IMG/VR virus record: IMGVR_UViG_3300036770_007539
Location: 1 to 64,000 of that record
Reading direction: 5' to 3' (one strand)
Length of the DNA: 64,000 nt
The notes under the pieces are model-generated. The model did not search any database. It saw nothing but the letters and a program-made list of their open reading frames with translations, and had not been told where the DNA came from. Positions within the stretch are counted from its first letter, which is position 1. Each line of letters starts with the position of its first letter. The position numbers and the translations under genes are program-made. Below, in pieces: positions 10,141 through 21,613 of this stretch.

Positions 10141-13100
10141 ATGAAGCAAAAACATATCTATATGTGGTTTGATGGCGATGTTAAGCGTCACTACTTTTCC
10201 AGCAAGCTAACTTATAACAAATGGTTAAGGGAGTTTGTTTCTGAATTAATGAGCGATCCAACATTTCCATCTTTCTACGGGAATCTAAAAAACAAATCAA
10301 GGAAAGATGTGATGAGTTATTTTTCTTCAAATCTTTACCTAGAAAAAATTAAATTAGATCAATGACCACCAGCACAAGGCAAGAAAATCATGAAAATCTC
10401 TACAGAAATTAATAAGATTAAAAAGCGAATCAAATCAAGAATTGACGATCATGTTAATTATTTAATGATTGGAATTGAATTCGTTAAAGAATCTAAAGAA
10501 TGGCATGTTACCCCTTGCTTTGAAGGGGGAGGGGATGGTCATACATCATATATCGCTTTGGATGACCCCGGAATTCTGAACCCCGGACCATTTCAAGGAG
10601 TTGGCGAAACGCTACCAAAAGCTATTGCTAATATTAAAAAAGCACTGGATAACGCTGAGCAAAAAGATTATTGTTTTTACCGTTGGTGATTAACCATGAG
10701 TTATTCCTGCAAAAATAGAGGTCCCCGCAGTTACGAATGGATTTGCCTCTGCCCCGACAAAGGCAAATCAGCTAAAGAAACCATTCCAAATCTTTGGAAT
10801 AGTTATGTTCAAAATTTAATCATCTCCCTTCAAAAGAAAGTCGATTCTCTAACCGAGGAACAAGCATTGAAAGAATTGACAAAAATAGAAGACGAAGCAA
10901 ATCTTCGATTCCAACTATGGAGAGATTCATGTTAAAAAGTAAATATGACGCAGAAATTAATGCCAGAGAACGACTTCAGCTTTGGAATTGGATTAACGAA
11001 TATGTTGTGGCTTGCGGAGGAGATCCTTCAGACGCTACAGTTAGCAATCGTCGAATGGAAGCAGTTTCTAGAATTGAAGGAACGATTTTTGAAATCGCCA
11101 ATCGTCATTACAAGGCTTGCCGATCATGATTCCTGGTAATAATAATTGGCTTGCTTCGCCAGGAAATTATAATCAATTAGATGCTATAGTTGGTCGCATG
11201 GTGCAAGATTTGTTTAAATTTGAAAGGCAGCCCTTTACATTTAAAACAAAGATGGCTATGCAAGCTATAGTTGACCGAGCCATATCAGATGCTCGTCAAT
11301 ATGGAATTGACCCTTCTCAAATAATGGAAGTAGCAAACAGAATTACAGTAATAGAAAGATAGTAGAATGATTAAAAACCGTTGCATGTTTGGTAATGGCT
11401 CTTGCCCTAAAGAACAAGAATGGCATTGTCATGTTTGGTTAAAAGATTGGTCAAGCGGCGACAGATCGCTTTGCGAAGAACATGCTGATAGCTATATGAA
11501 AGCCAATATTCGAGCAGGTCATGGAACTTTTGCAGTAAAGGTAAAAAAATGAGCATTGATTCTGAACTACAGCTAATTAAAGAACTATTCGATATTGAAT
11601 TTGGAGTTACCGTCAAAGGGGATGAAATCAAAGGCTATAATAATGGTAAAATCTATCTTGATTCTACCAATTGCATTGAACTATCTGAGGCTTTTCTCAA
11701 GATTTCTAATTTCTTAAAAAGCTCTCATCCTAATTACGATCCAGTAAAAGCTCAAAAGGATGATATGGAACGACTGTTTCCAAATCCAAAAGAGCTAGAA
11801 AGCCTCCTTGCTCCATTTATTCAAGAAAGCGATTATATCAGCGATCCTGCTCATGCGGAGCCCGTTTTTAATTATACAACTTGCATTAAACGAGTAGTTG
11901 CATCTCTCTTAAAACAACAAGAACTAAATCAAGAAATTGCTTGTGGTCATTCTAAAGGCGACCTTTGGACAGAACTTCACGCAAATGCCAAACCATATTG
12001 CACAATCTGTAGGCTCTACGAAGAAATTGAAGGAAATGCAGCTGCCGCAGTAAAATGGAGAGAAATTGTAGAATCAGCTTTAGGAATAGAGCCAGATCCA
12101 GAAAATCACACCCCAGAATGGGCGCATGAAGTTATTTTAAACATTAGGGAAATTGGAAACAAGAAATGAATAATCACGCCGGTTGGAGTCAAGATGGTCG
12201 CTGTGTTTGGTGCTTTTCCAATGATGCATCATCTCCTTGCATTGATCCTACTTCCGATGAGTTTAGAATGAAGGTTATTAATCTAGAGCAAGCCTTGAAA
12301 CAAGCTCAAGATGAATGTAAGTGGTGGCAGAAAAAACATTGGGAAGATGGTCTGACCATGCGTTATATCGGACGCAGAGAAGGTGCCCATGAAATGCAAA
12401 GGAAGATCCGAGATTTAGTTTGGGCGGCTCGGTTTGATGAATTTCTAGATTCTGAAATTGGTGCTATAGAATACAAAGAAGAACATGCAGTGAATTGCAA
12501 ATGGTGGCGAGATTGGCATGATTGCAGTTGCGGAGCTTTTGACAAACAACAAAAGGACTCTGAGAAAATTCAAACCGGATTTGACAAATATCTTGAAGAA
12601 CAACTTGAAGACCCAGAATTTGCAAAAGAATATCAAAAAGCCAAATTGAAAATAAGCCATGAGTGAACATTCTAAATTAGTTAACTCTCCAGAATGGCAA
12701 GAGATGCAAGAAAATGCTGACAAAGCTCAAAAAGCATTTGAAGCAGAATGTGATCGAGCCTGGAACTCTTTAGATCAAGAAACCAAGCTAAAACTATTCT
12801 GTGCTGTTTGTACTCGCCTTTATAAAGGAGAGCTAGAGGACAAGGGTAGTTATCGCCATGTTTTGTATGAGGTCTTTGGATTTGGTCCAGAGGCTTATGG
12901 AACTGCTCAAGCCGCAGGATTTCTGGCGCTTCACAATGCTATTATTGACGAAGATCAAGAACTGGCTACTGCTAAAAAACTAGCAGAGCTTGCCAAAGAA
13001 TATAATATTCCAAAAGAACAACTAGAAGGCTTGCTTGGCTGGAATCTTGTCAATCTTTATCTTTAACTATGACCCAATTTAAAAATATAAATATTTCTTG

Positions 13101-13749
13101 CATTGAAAATCTTATTTCCGAAGAGATAAATATCTCTTACGGAAATATTTCTATTGAATCTTCTGATGGACATTGGGTAATAGAATATGAATCATATTTT
13201 AACCCCCATGCCAAGCCTTACTCTTTAAAAGATAAAAAAGTTTTTGATAATGCATTAGATGCTGCTAAATTTTTCTGTTCTTATATTCAAGAACGTAACC
13301 AGGATTAGATTATGAATTTTAAACAAAACCAACTATCATCTCAAGAAGCGACCGATGGCGAAATTTACAACAGGGGTCGTTCAGAAGGTCATGCTGATAT
13401 TGCAGCTAAACTCAGAGCCATTCTTGATCCCGAAGATCAGCAGCATCTAAATCTTGATGGTATTTTAAAAGAAATCGAATGGCTGGTTAAATATAAAGAA
13501 CAAGCCGCAGAAGTTATTACTTATATCCGAGAAGCCGATGCCTTAAAAGAATTTGCTTATTCTAATGATGATGGTCCTTCTATTGCCGAACTACTGAGGG
13601 AATGTTATTATTTAGGCAAGGGATATAAGAATAACTTATCACTTAGCGATAGAAATGAGAATAGACAACAAAAATTAAAACAACTTGGCTTCGAGGATTT
13701 GACCGAAGACCAAAAAGCTAATATTCAACTTGGTCGCAACTTAACATAA
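10141..13749 (+). other. Cluster of small hypothetical ORFs
   Basis: About 11 abutting co-oriented ORFs; includes a HicB-like motif (10390-10689), an antitoxin-like C-terminal peptide (12166-12666) and a paralog of 15244-15576 (12659-13066). Confidence 0.7.
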
Positions 13750-13767
13750 TGCCTTAAGAGATTTAAA

Positions 13768-14649
13768 ATGAACCACGAAGAAAACGCATACTTAGACTTA
13801 TTGAAAAATATCCTAGATAATGGGACAACCAAACAAGACCGCACTGGAGTTGGTACGATTGGAATTTTTGGCTCCCAGTTAAAATTCTCATTGGAAAATA
13901 ATACTCTTCCCTTACTTACCACTAAGAAAATGTTTCTACGTGGAATTGTGGAAGAGCTATTGTTTTTTATTCGTGGCGAAACGGACACTAAAAAACTAGA
14001 AGCGAAAGGCGTTAATATCTGGAAAGGTAATACCAGTCGAGACTTTCTTGACAAGCGGGGTCTTGGATATTTGCCCGAAGGTGATATGGGTAAAGGATAT
14101 GGCTTTCAATGGCGCAATTTTGGCGGAACAGCCAAGTCTTATGATTATAAGAATCATCCCAGAGATGGTGTAGATCAGTTGTCTAGAGCATTGGAAATGA
14201 TTAGAAACGAACCGAATAGTAGGAGAATTATAGTATCGGCTTGGAATCCAGTACAGTTAGATGAAATGGCTTTGCCTCCCTGTCATTGGAACTTTCAAAT
14301 GCAGGTAGAAAATGGAAAATTGAATTTAATGTGGGTACAAAGAAGCTGGGATATTTTTCTTGCTGGCGGATTCAATATTTGCAGCTATGCAATTTTGACT
14401 ATGCTTTTAGCTAAAGCTGCTAATTTGCAACCAGGAAATCTTATTTGTTCAGTAGGCGATACTCACGTTTACCTCAACCATATTGATCAGGTAAAAGAGC
14501 AAATCACAAGAACTCCCTATCCATTTCCACAGCTATCAATAGATAAGCCAATCAATTCAATTGAAGACATGGAAAATCTTTCGTATGAAGATTTTGAACT
14601 TCACAATTATCAATGTCACCCAGCAATTAAAGCAGAAATGGCGGTTTAA
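13768..14649 (+). CDS. thyA: Thymidylate synthase
   Basis: DRTGVGT, PLLTTKK, EELLFF, YGFQWR, SRRIIVSAWNP, LPPCH, QRS.D, FN, GDTHVY motifs. Confidence 0.95.
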   Translation: MNHEENAYLDLLKNILDNGTTKQDRTGVGTIGIFGSQLKFSLENNTLPLLTTKKMFLRGIVEELLFFIRGETDTKKLEAKGVNIWKGNTSRDFLDKRGLGYLPEGDMGKGYGFQWRNFGGTAKSYDYKNHPRDGVDQLSRALEMIRNEPNSRRIIVSAWNPVQLDEMALPPCHWNFQMQVENGKLNLMWVQRSWDIFLAGGFNICSYAILTMLLAKAANLQPGNLICSVGDTHVYLNHIDQVKEQITRTPYPFPQLSIDKPINSIEDMENLSYEDFELHNYQCHPAIKAEMAV

Positions 14650-14651
14650 TT

Positions 14652-15257
14652 ATGAAACATCCACATATCGCATTTAACGATTGCAAAGTAAATAATATTT
14701 ATATCCTTCATTCTAGGAATTTAAAATTCGGAGTTTTTACTTCATCTGGAACTTTTATCGGCTTACGCACCAAGTTTGATAACGTTTTTCTTGACAAAGA
14801 ATTGCATATTGAACGAGGCGGAACAGCTACTCCAATGTATCGTTTTGGCAGCATACCTGATAACATTCCATTAGTTACTTCACTAGGCACTTATGATGAA
14901 ATGACTGGTAAAATAGTAGAATTTGATAAACCCATTGTGGATGGTGGTAAGGGCTGGTATTTTGCAGATACTGGGGCTTCATCTACTGAAATTAAACCAT
15001 ACAACAAAAACAATACTGCATTATTTGATTATTTAAAGAACCTTGAATTAACGGTTGAAATGATTGAGCAATATTCTAGTTTAACTAATTGGAAGAATGA
15101 TAATCTTGGTTTTGTTCCGGGCACTCTTAGCCCTGTAAGATTGATTGACTTGCCTGATAATCCAACAATTGTAATTGACGAAGAATCTTCCAAAGCAAGA
15201 AAAGCTGCCATTATTGAATGGATGACACGAGGAAACATGGATCATGGAAACAAATAG
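14652..15257 (+). CDS. Hypothetical protein
   Basis: 201-aa ORF in operon with thyA. Confidence 0.65.
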   Translation: MKHPHIAFNDCKVNNIYILHSRNLKFGVFTSSGTFIGLRTKFDNVFLDKELHIERGGTATPMYRFGSIPDNIPLVTSLGTYDEMTGKIVEFDKPIVDGGKGWYFADTGASSTEIKPYNKNNTALFDYLKNLELTVEMIEQYSSLTNWKNDNLGFVPGTLSPVRLIDLPDNPTIVIDEESSKARKAAIIEWMTRGNMDHGNK

Positions 15258-15576
15258 CAATTTAGAGATTGAAAAGAAATCTGAAGAAACTTGGAATTCT
15301 TTAACCCAAGAACAGCAGTTAGATGTTTTTTGCGCTGTTGCTCGAAGGTTATATCAAGGGGAGATAGTCGATAAAGGATCTTTCAGATATATTTTGTATG
15401 ATGTTTTTAAATTTGGTCCCGAAGCCTACACGCCAGCTTATGACGCTGGTTATATGATGATTCATAATGCTATTTGCGATCAACAAGATTATGATGATTT
15501 AATTATTAAAGTTAAAAAGTTTGCTGAAGAAAATAATCTTGACCAGAAAATCATAGAAAGTTATTTTAAATTTTAA
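15244..15576 (+). CDS. Hypothetical protein, paralog of 12659-13066
   Basis: WNSL.QE..L..FCAV..RLY.GE..DKGS.R..LY.VF.FGPEAY..A..AG....HNAI shared. Confidence 0.8.
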   Translation: METNSNLEIEKKSEETWNSLTQEQQLDVFCAVARRLYQGEIVDKGSFRYILYDVFKFGPEAYTPAYDAGYMMIHNAICDQQDYDDLIIKVKKFAEENNLDQKIIESYFKF

Positions 15577-15579
15577 AAA

Positions 15580-16563
15580 TTACCACAAAACTATAACCTT
15601 ACCAACTAACCAATCAAGATATTGCTTAATGTCTTTTTCAACTTCGCCAAATATTTTTACTAATTCTCTTCTTATATTTGGAATGTCTTCATTTCTAGGT
15701 TTTAATGTATAATTAAAACTGTCTTTTTCATATATAGAAAGCTTAGACAAAGCATTATTAGCATACAGAGTAACGCCTTTTAAATTAATATTTTCAAGAG
15801 ATTCCCCAGATTGATTGTACAAAACTAGCAAATCAGAAAGAAAATCAATCAAATTTTCATTTTTTAAATTCATCTCTGACACAGATCCCTTAATTATATT
15901 GCTATTTGCTATTATTGTAGTTAAAATAACAAACGCTGCTCTTTGATAATTATACAAGTAATCATCAAAAGGAACTGTTAAAATTTCTCCAAGATCAGAA
16001 ATTTTCTTTACTTCATAATCATCGTTAATGGCTTTGATAAAATTATCAGCTTTAAATAAATTTTCATATTTATCTAAAATTGCATGACCTAAATCATGAT
16101 CAATTCCTTTAGGTCCCGTTAAATCTGAAGATTCAAATTTGTTTGCAATAATGTTAATTGCATCTGGTTTGAATATATCATTAAAATTTTGTAATAAAAA
16201 TTTACCTTCTTTTACTGTATCTTCTTCAAGTTCTTTCGAGTTTATGATTGATTTAATTTTTTCTTCATACTCTGTAAGAGCGATAGGCTTTCCAGATTTT
16301 AATCCAAATATTTTTTCAGAGTAAATAATTCTATATTTTACGTTTGTATATTGATAATGGCTTTTGAACTCTTCAATTGAAGGAAGGCTCATTATATAAT
16401 CACTTTTTTTTCTACTTCTTCTAGAATCTGTTAATCTAGTTGTATCTGAACCATATTCAGAATAAGGAGTTATAATAACATCATCTAGCGGAGCCGCTCT
16501 TTTGATTAAAAAATCAAAATAATCGACTATACTAGCTATATTTTTAATTTTCTTTGAAGCCAT
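15580..16563 (-). CDS. Hypothetical protein (probable start 16563), N-terminal helix motif, degenerate HDxxH
   Basis: AATATTTTTACAT-N6-ATG; begins MASKKIKNIASIVDYFDFLIKRAA; internal HDLGH. Confidence 0.65.
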   Translation of the reverse strand: MASKKIKNIASIVDYFDFLIKRAAPLDDVIITPYSEYGSDTTRLTDSRRSRKKSDYIMSLPSIEEFKSHYQYTNVKYRIIYSEKIFGLKSGKPIALTEYEEKIKSIINSKELEEDTVKEGKFLLQNFNDIFKPDAINIIANKFESSDLTGPKGIDHDLGHAILDKYENLFKADNFIKAINDDYEVKKISDLGEILTVPFDDYLYNYQRAAFVILTTIIANSNIIKGSVSEMNLKNENLIDFLSDLLVLYNQSGESLENINLKGVTLYANNALSKLSIYEKDSFNYTLKPRNEDIPNIRRELVKIFGEVEKDIKQYLDWLVGKVIVLW

Positions 16564-16607
16564 GCGATTATGTAAAAATATTAGCATCAATATAGAAAGC
16601 AACAATA

Positions 16608-16994
16608 ATGATCAAGTCAAATCAAATAGAAATTAGCTCAAAAGAATTAACCATAGAAGAATTAAAAAAAAGATTAGCCTGGACAGAGGAATGGTACGCC
16701 GTTCGCTTTCAGCATTTCAGAAAGTTATGCGAAGATCATAATCTTTTAACAGAGTTTTGCAATATTGCCGCCAATGGGAGAGAAGATATAACTTCCCCTC
16801 CCACATTTCAAAATTTATTAAATCTAGCTAATCTTGAAAAAGAAAAGGCTATTAAAGCAGCTAAACAAACTGCCAAAAACATGGAAGAGATGGAGCGAGA
16901 TCTCTATCTTAAATTGAACGAAAAAGAAAAGGCAATTGAAGATCTAAAAGATCTATTGGTAGAACTATCAGAGAAAATTCAAAGATTTCTTTAA
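16608..16994 (+). CDS. Hypothetical coiled-coil protein
   Basis: Heptad-rich C-terminus. Confidence 0.6.
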   Translation: MIKSNQIEISSKELTIEELKKRLAWTEEWYAVRFQHFRKLCEDHNLLTEFCNIAANGREDITSPPTFQNLLNLANLEKEKAIKAAKQTAKNMEEMERDLYLKLNEKEKAIEDLKDLLVELSEKIQRFL

Positions 16995-17004
16995 ATCTAT
17001 ATTT

Positions 17005-17841
17005 TCATCTTTCTAAAGTTGACCTGACGACCCAGAAATCCATTGCATATTGAGTGTTTTTAATAAAGTCGTAAGGCATCCAGAAATAACCTTTCTGCCC
17101 CCAGCTTCTGCCCCAAGAGTTTCTAATTTTAAAAGCCCCTGTGGTAATTTCACCATTTCTATTTCTAAGTTTTCTAGAATCTTCATAACCAACCATGGTT
17201 AAAGCATGACCGCCTTCTGCAATATCTTTGGGTCCAGGTAAACCATAAACTGCACTCTTAGATGTTTCAGGGTCCATTAAATGAGTAAAAGCAATAGCTC
17301 CGAAAGCAATTAAATATCCCGTAGCCAAAGCTGCTTTCATAGTAGTAATGTCGCCATTGTTAATTCTATAATAGTCAACAATTTTATGGAGCTTAGCGTT
17401 ATCATAAACATTTTGAGAAGGTTTAACTAAAAATTTAGTTATGTCATAACCCCAAAATGATTCATCAACTGTCCCAAATGAGTTTAATGATTTGATGGCA
17501 TTTCTCATGGTAGCGCCAGAATCTTGATTAATAGTGCCTTCCATTTCACGAGTTACATAATATTGAAATAATCTTGAAAGGTTTTTGTATCCTTTCTTGA
17601 CGCCAAATCGATTATCGTTATATTCTAGAATGGCTGTAGTAACATGAGCGGTACAAGAGCCAATTGAACCTTGGTCGTCAATTGGAGAACAAAATTTGCT
17701 ATTGTCAATCATGACCGGGGCAGCATGTAAAATATCCGTTGGATTAGTTTTTAAAATAAAATCTCTTTCATCGGGCTGATCAACTTTCCAGCTTTTTAGA
17801 TGCACGGATTTATTTGACCCTAATAAAATATGAGTTGACAT
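17005..17841 (-). CDS. Papain-like cysteine peptidase (C1A family)
   Basis: DQGSIGSCTAH (Gln/Cys), GGHALTMVGY (His), IRNSWGRSWGQKGYFWMPY (Asn). Confidence 0.9.
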   Translation of the reverse strand: MSTHILLGSNKSVHLKSWKVDQPDERDFILKTNPTDILHAAPVMIDNSKFCSPIDDQGSIGSCTAHVTTAILEYNDNRFGVKKGYKNLSRLFQYYVTREMEGTINQDSGATMRNAIKSLNSFGTVDESFWGYDITKFLVKPSQNVYDNAKLHKIVDYYRINNGDITTMKAALATGYLIAFGAIAFTHLMDPETSKSAVYGLPGPKDIAEGGHALTMVGYEDSRKLRNRNGEITTGAFKIRNSWGRSWGQKGYFWMPYDFIKNTQYAMDFWVVRSTLER

Positions 17842-17891
17842 AGTTTGCTCCTATCTTAATGCGATATAGTTGATATATTTAAGGAGGTTTT

Positions 17892-19349
17892 ATGAGCCAC
17901 GTTAACATTCAAATTAATCAATTTTTTAAAGAATTAATCAAATATGGTCTAGGAGAAGAGGTTCATTTTTGGGGTGTCAGCAAAGATTTTGACCCTGAAC
18001 AATTAGAAATCCTCATCTCTAACATAGAGGAAATGGATCGAGTCATGTCGGATCTTAGACCTATTGTTATTAATGCATTAAAACAAATTGCCGAAGATTA
18101 CAAGAAAGAAAAATCTAAATAACTGTCAGACCCTAGAAGAATTAGGGGTTGACAGTATAAAATGACGAGCTAAGCTGTGGCTCAATGACTTCGCATGGAT
18201 CTACGGAAGAAAAATAATTTTGATTAGCTCCAAGGAGGAATTATGGATGATGTTAAATTTAGAGATGCACTAGAGGCAGTTCAAACGCTTGCTAAAATGT
18301 ATGTCGCTAAATCAGCTAATTTTTCGAAATATATAAATACATATCTTGATGAGCCAGTACCAGATAAGAAAAAAATCTTATGGTATAAGGTTGGTCACGA
18401 TAATAAAAATCATTTTTATCTAGGAGTAGACCCCAAAGGCAATATCTTTTTACGAACTTATCCTGAAAAAGGATGGGATATGGAAAAGAAAGAGCCTATT
18501 TATGGCAAGGGTAAAACTACCAAAGTTAAAGATAACGAACTAACTGGAGTATATTTCGGCAGCTGGTAAACAACATATAAAGGAGGAGCGATGAGATTAG
18601 ACAAGTGCCTTGTAGTAGAATCTGTATCTGTGGAAGAATTGAAGAATTCATATTCTACTTGCTCAAAAGCTTTTCCTCAATATGCGATTACTATGCAGTT
18701 TCCTTGCGAATTTATGGAAACTGTAGACAATCCAAGACCTATTGGGTTTCGAGATGCTGAAGAATCAAATCTGCAAAAAGCAGATTGCGGATTCTTATTT
18801 GAGCTTAAAAATTGCAACCATCAAAATTTTAATGTCAAGTTAATTCATTTTAATGGTAAAATTTATATTTTTAAAGGTGTTTACCAATACGCCAACTATG
18901 TTGCTGATCAAGTGGCAAACTTCTTGAATAGCTTAAAAAATTTATCTCCAGATCAAGTTTTTGTATCGGAGCCTTATAAATCTTGGTGTGATGAAGAGTT
19001 TAAAAAAGAAAGTTTAGTTCTTCATAATTATAAAGTTGATAAAGAAGATTTAAACAAACTTGGATTATCTGTTTAGGAGTAAGAAATAGTTATGACAACT
19101 TGGAAAGTTTCTTTTAGTCAGCCTGTTAATATTCATGTCGATGTAGATAATGTGGAAAAGTCACCTTCTAAAGAAAGTATTCTTAAAAAGTTAGAAGAGT
19201 CTAATTTGTCAAGGTATGATAAACTTCGTGCCAAAAATTGTCTGCACAGTTTAACTGTACCATGGATTGTTACGGAGAATTCTCCAGTTTATTTTCATTC
19301 CAGTCATCCTGATCTTGGAAATGTTTCCATTACTGTTAAAAAAGCATGA
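17892..19349 (+). other. Hypothetical ORFs 17892-18122, 18243-18569, 18591-19076, 19092-19349
   Basis: Strong SD sites (AAGGAGG, AGGAG). Confidence 0.7.
18122..18176 (+). promoter_or_regulatory. Sigma70 promoter with hairpin over the -35 element
   Basis: ACTGTCAGACCCTA-gaagaat-TAGGGGTTGACAGT stem; TTGACA(18149)-N16-TAAGCT. Confidence 0.65.
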
Positions 19350-19888
19350 TTTATCATCAGAAATCATCAGAGCGTGAAGTAATTATTACAAGAACTTCTG
19401 ACGGCAAGATTAAAAAAGAAGTTTATTGCTTTTCTCCTTATATGTTTGGTAAGTCTTTAAAGCTTAGACTTGCTGCCTTTTCTCATTTTTTGGACTGGAT
19501 CAAAGCCAATCCTGTGCCGGGATTGGTAACAATTTATGATAGCTCTACAAATTTGCCTGAGAACTATTACTCTTATATTATGGAAGAGCTTAAAGAACTC
19601 AATAGAAGCGAGGAGAATCTAGTAGATGATTATTATAAGTATCACAACGGAGATTTACCAAAGAAAGAAGAGCGAGAATATAATTCGCTTATTAAAAGGC
19701 ATTATAAGCTCTATTGTTTCTTAGAAGAAAATTCTGGACTATATGATGACATCCATGGTGGAAATATTGGAATTTCTAAAGATGGAAATTATAAATTCAT
19801 GGATCTGGAAGGATCTTCTTGGGATTTTGATGCCAAACAAGATTCTATTTGGGTAAAATTTAAAAATAAAATTATTTTTCAAGGTTAA
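19346..19888 (+). CDS. Protein-kinase-like (APH/ePK fold) protein
   Basis: YIMEEL hinge, DDIHGGNIG catalytic loop, FMDLE metal-binding motif. Confidence 0.6.
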   Translation: MIYHQKSSEREVIITRTSDGKIKKEVYCFSPYMFGKSLKLRLAAFSHFLDWIKANPVPGLVTIYDSSTNLPENYYSYIMEELKELNRSEENLVDDYYKYHNGDLPKKEEREYNSLIKRHYKLYCFLEENSGLYDDIHGGNIGISKDGNYKFMDLEGSSWDFDAKQDSIWVKFKNKIIFQG

Positions 19889-20084
19889 AATTATGAAAGC
19901 TTCAGTTGGGTTTGATGGCATTTCTTTGTTTACTCTTGAATCAAAGAAAACATTTGTTCATATAGGATTGTTCCATCCTTTTCAAGTTTGGGGTCGAGGA
20001 GAATATTGGCATAATGATTTAGTTTTTGATTTTGGATTGGGTCCATTTTTTAGAATTATTAAATTTGATATTAAGGAGTAGAAT

Positions 20085-20504
20085 ATGAATATTGGAGATA
20101 TTGTTGAAGTTCATTGTGATTTAGAAGGTCAGCCGGTCAATTACCCGCAAAATTATTCTTTTACAGTTAATAGAAAATTCAAAGTCGTTGGAAAATCTAA
20201 CAAAGAAGATCTTTATTTGCTAGATTTGCATTATGCCTCTCCTTTTGGAGTTAAAGCTTCTAGAATGGACTTGAATAATTTTGAACTAATGTCCGGAATT
20301 GATTCCACTAATCTTCCATTGATGAAATTTTTTCCTGTAACTTCCAATGCTTTTCTAAAAAAGGCAGAAGTTAAATCCTCTGGTGGAAATTGCATACATT
20401 GCGGAGAGCATTATCCTTATGCCGAAGTTAAGAGACAGGATAAGAAATTTCTTTGCTATTCTTGTCGAGCCTCGGTAGCAGGAAGATATCCTGAGTTTGC
20501 GTGA
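20085..20504 (+). CDS. Hypothetical protein with C-terminal zinc ribbon
   Basis: CIHC...FLCYSCR. Confidence 0.65.
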   Translation: MNIGDIVEVHCDLEGQPVNYPQNYSFTVNRKFKVVGKSNKEDLYLLDLHYASPFGVKASRMDLNNFELMSGIDSTNLPLMKFFPVTSNAFLKKAEVKSSGGNCIHCGEHYPYAEVKRQDKKFLCYSCRASVAGRYPEFA

Positions 20505-20525
20505 AAACTTTGATCTTTTACTCTC

Positions 20526-20553
20526 TTGACCTGCAATCTTGGATGGCTATGTT
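20526..20553 (+). promoter_or_regulatory. Sigma70-type early promoter
   Basis: TTGACC-N16-TATGTT. Confidence 0.65.
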
Positions 20554-20572
20554 GCTTCATGCCTGAGGAGAG

Positions 20573-20974
20573 GTGTATAACATGGACAAGAAGATTTTTC
20601 AGTATCTGCGTGTTGCGGCGAACATGGCTCGTAAGAAGAAGGACCAGCGAACCTTTTTCTTGGGAGCCGTTGGCATTCGTAAGGATGGCGCATTCGTTCA
20701 AAGTTTTAATGCCCCTTCTTTTCAGCCCGCCCCCTGTGGTCATGCCGAAGCTCGTTTGGCTCGAAAGCTAGACCGAGGAGCCGTAGTTTATGTGGCTCGT
20801 ATTCGGGCGGACGGATCTTTTGGTAGTGCCAAGCCTTGTGCTAATTGCGAGAAGGTTTTGCGCCAGAAGGGAGTGAAGAAGGTTTATTATAGTCTCGCAG
20901 ATGAAGAGTATGGCGTTCTTTGTGTGAATAAGAATTATGAACCTGTTTTGAAGCAAGCTCGTCACGTTCGCTGA
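20573..20974 (+). CDS. Zinc-dependent cytidine/dCMP deaminase-like protein
   Basis: GHAEA and KPCANC motifs, VYVARI, GVKKVYYS. Confidence 0.85.
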   Translation: MYNMDKKIFQYLRVAANMARKKKDQRTFFLGAVGIRKDGAFVQSFNAPSFQPAPCGHAEARLARKLDRGAVVYVARIRADGSFGSAKPCANCEKVLRQKGVKKVYYSLADEEYGVLCVNKNYEPVLKQARHVR

Positions 20975-21525
20975 GAGTAAGATATAGGAGATTACAATGG
21001 CTAAAAGAGCGGAAAAAGACCTTAAAGATTTTAATTATTCGCTGGATGAACTTGGAAATCTAAATTTGTCTTATATTGATTTGCGGGATGGCAATCGCAA
21101 AATGCAATACAAGTTGGCTGTAATTTTGCCTGATGGTATCAGGTTTGGAGCACATTTCTTTCATTGGGCAGAGTGGAACAAAGTTATTGCAGATGTTAAG
21201 AAAGGCAAAGCCAAACTAGAAGAAATTCAAGCTCATAAAGATGCAGTTGCGCTTTCGGTGAAAGTCCTTAATGATAAGGTAGAGGAGAAATGATTATGTC
21301 AGAACCCATGGTAACAATTTTTTTAAAACCCGAAGCTCTTAATGATATTTCTTATGCTTTAGTTAAATATCGAGATGGAGTTTCTCTTAAGCACAATGTT
21401 AATCTTTCAATTGGAGAGGATTGTTTAAAAGTTGAAGTTGAACCAAGTGCTTTGAGTCAGTCTCTTGCAATTGAACTTAATTTCTGCAACGATAGAGGCT
21501 GCTCTGTTTATAAGACGGCAATTTA

Positions 21526-21612
21526 ATGAGTCTTTTAACAACAATTTTTATCGGAACTATTGTTTTTGTTTTTTTATCATTTTATTTAATAAATAAGATG
21601 TTTGAAGATTAA
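21526..21612 (+). CDS. Small 28-aa membrane peptide (not in ORF track)
   Basis: MSLLTTIFIGTIVFVFLSFYLINKMFED*; TAATG coupling upstream and stop 1 nt before the ligase ATG. Confidence 0.5.
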   Translation: MSLLTTIFIGTIVFVFLSFYLINKMFED

Positions 21613-21613
21613 T

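Noticed and set aside
13768-14649. dCMP/dUMP hydroxymethylase or intron-containing thyA
   Set aside because: The dUMP-specifying Asn (FN) and all ThyA motifs are intact in an uninterrupted ORF
20526-20771. 81-aa ORF overlapping the deaminase
   Set aside because: Starts at the TTG of a -35 box and overlaps a clearly conserved gene in another frame
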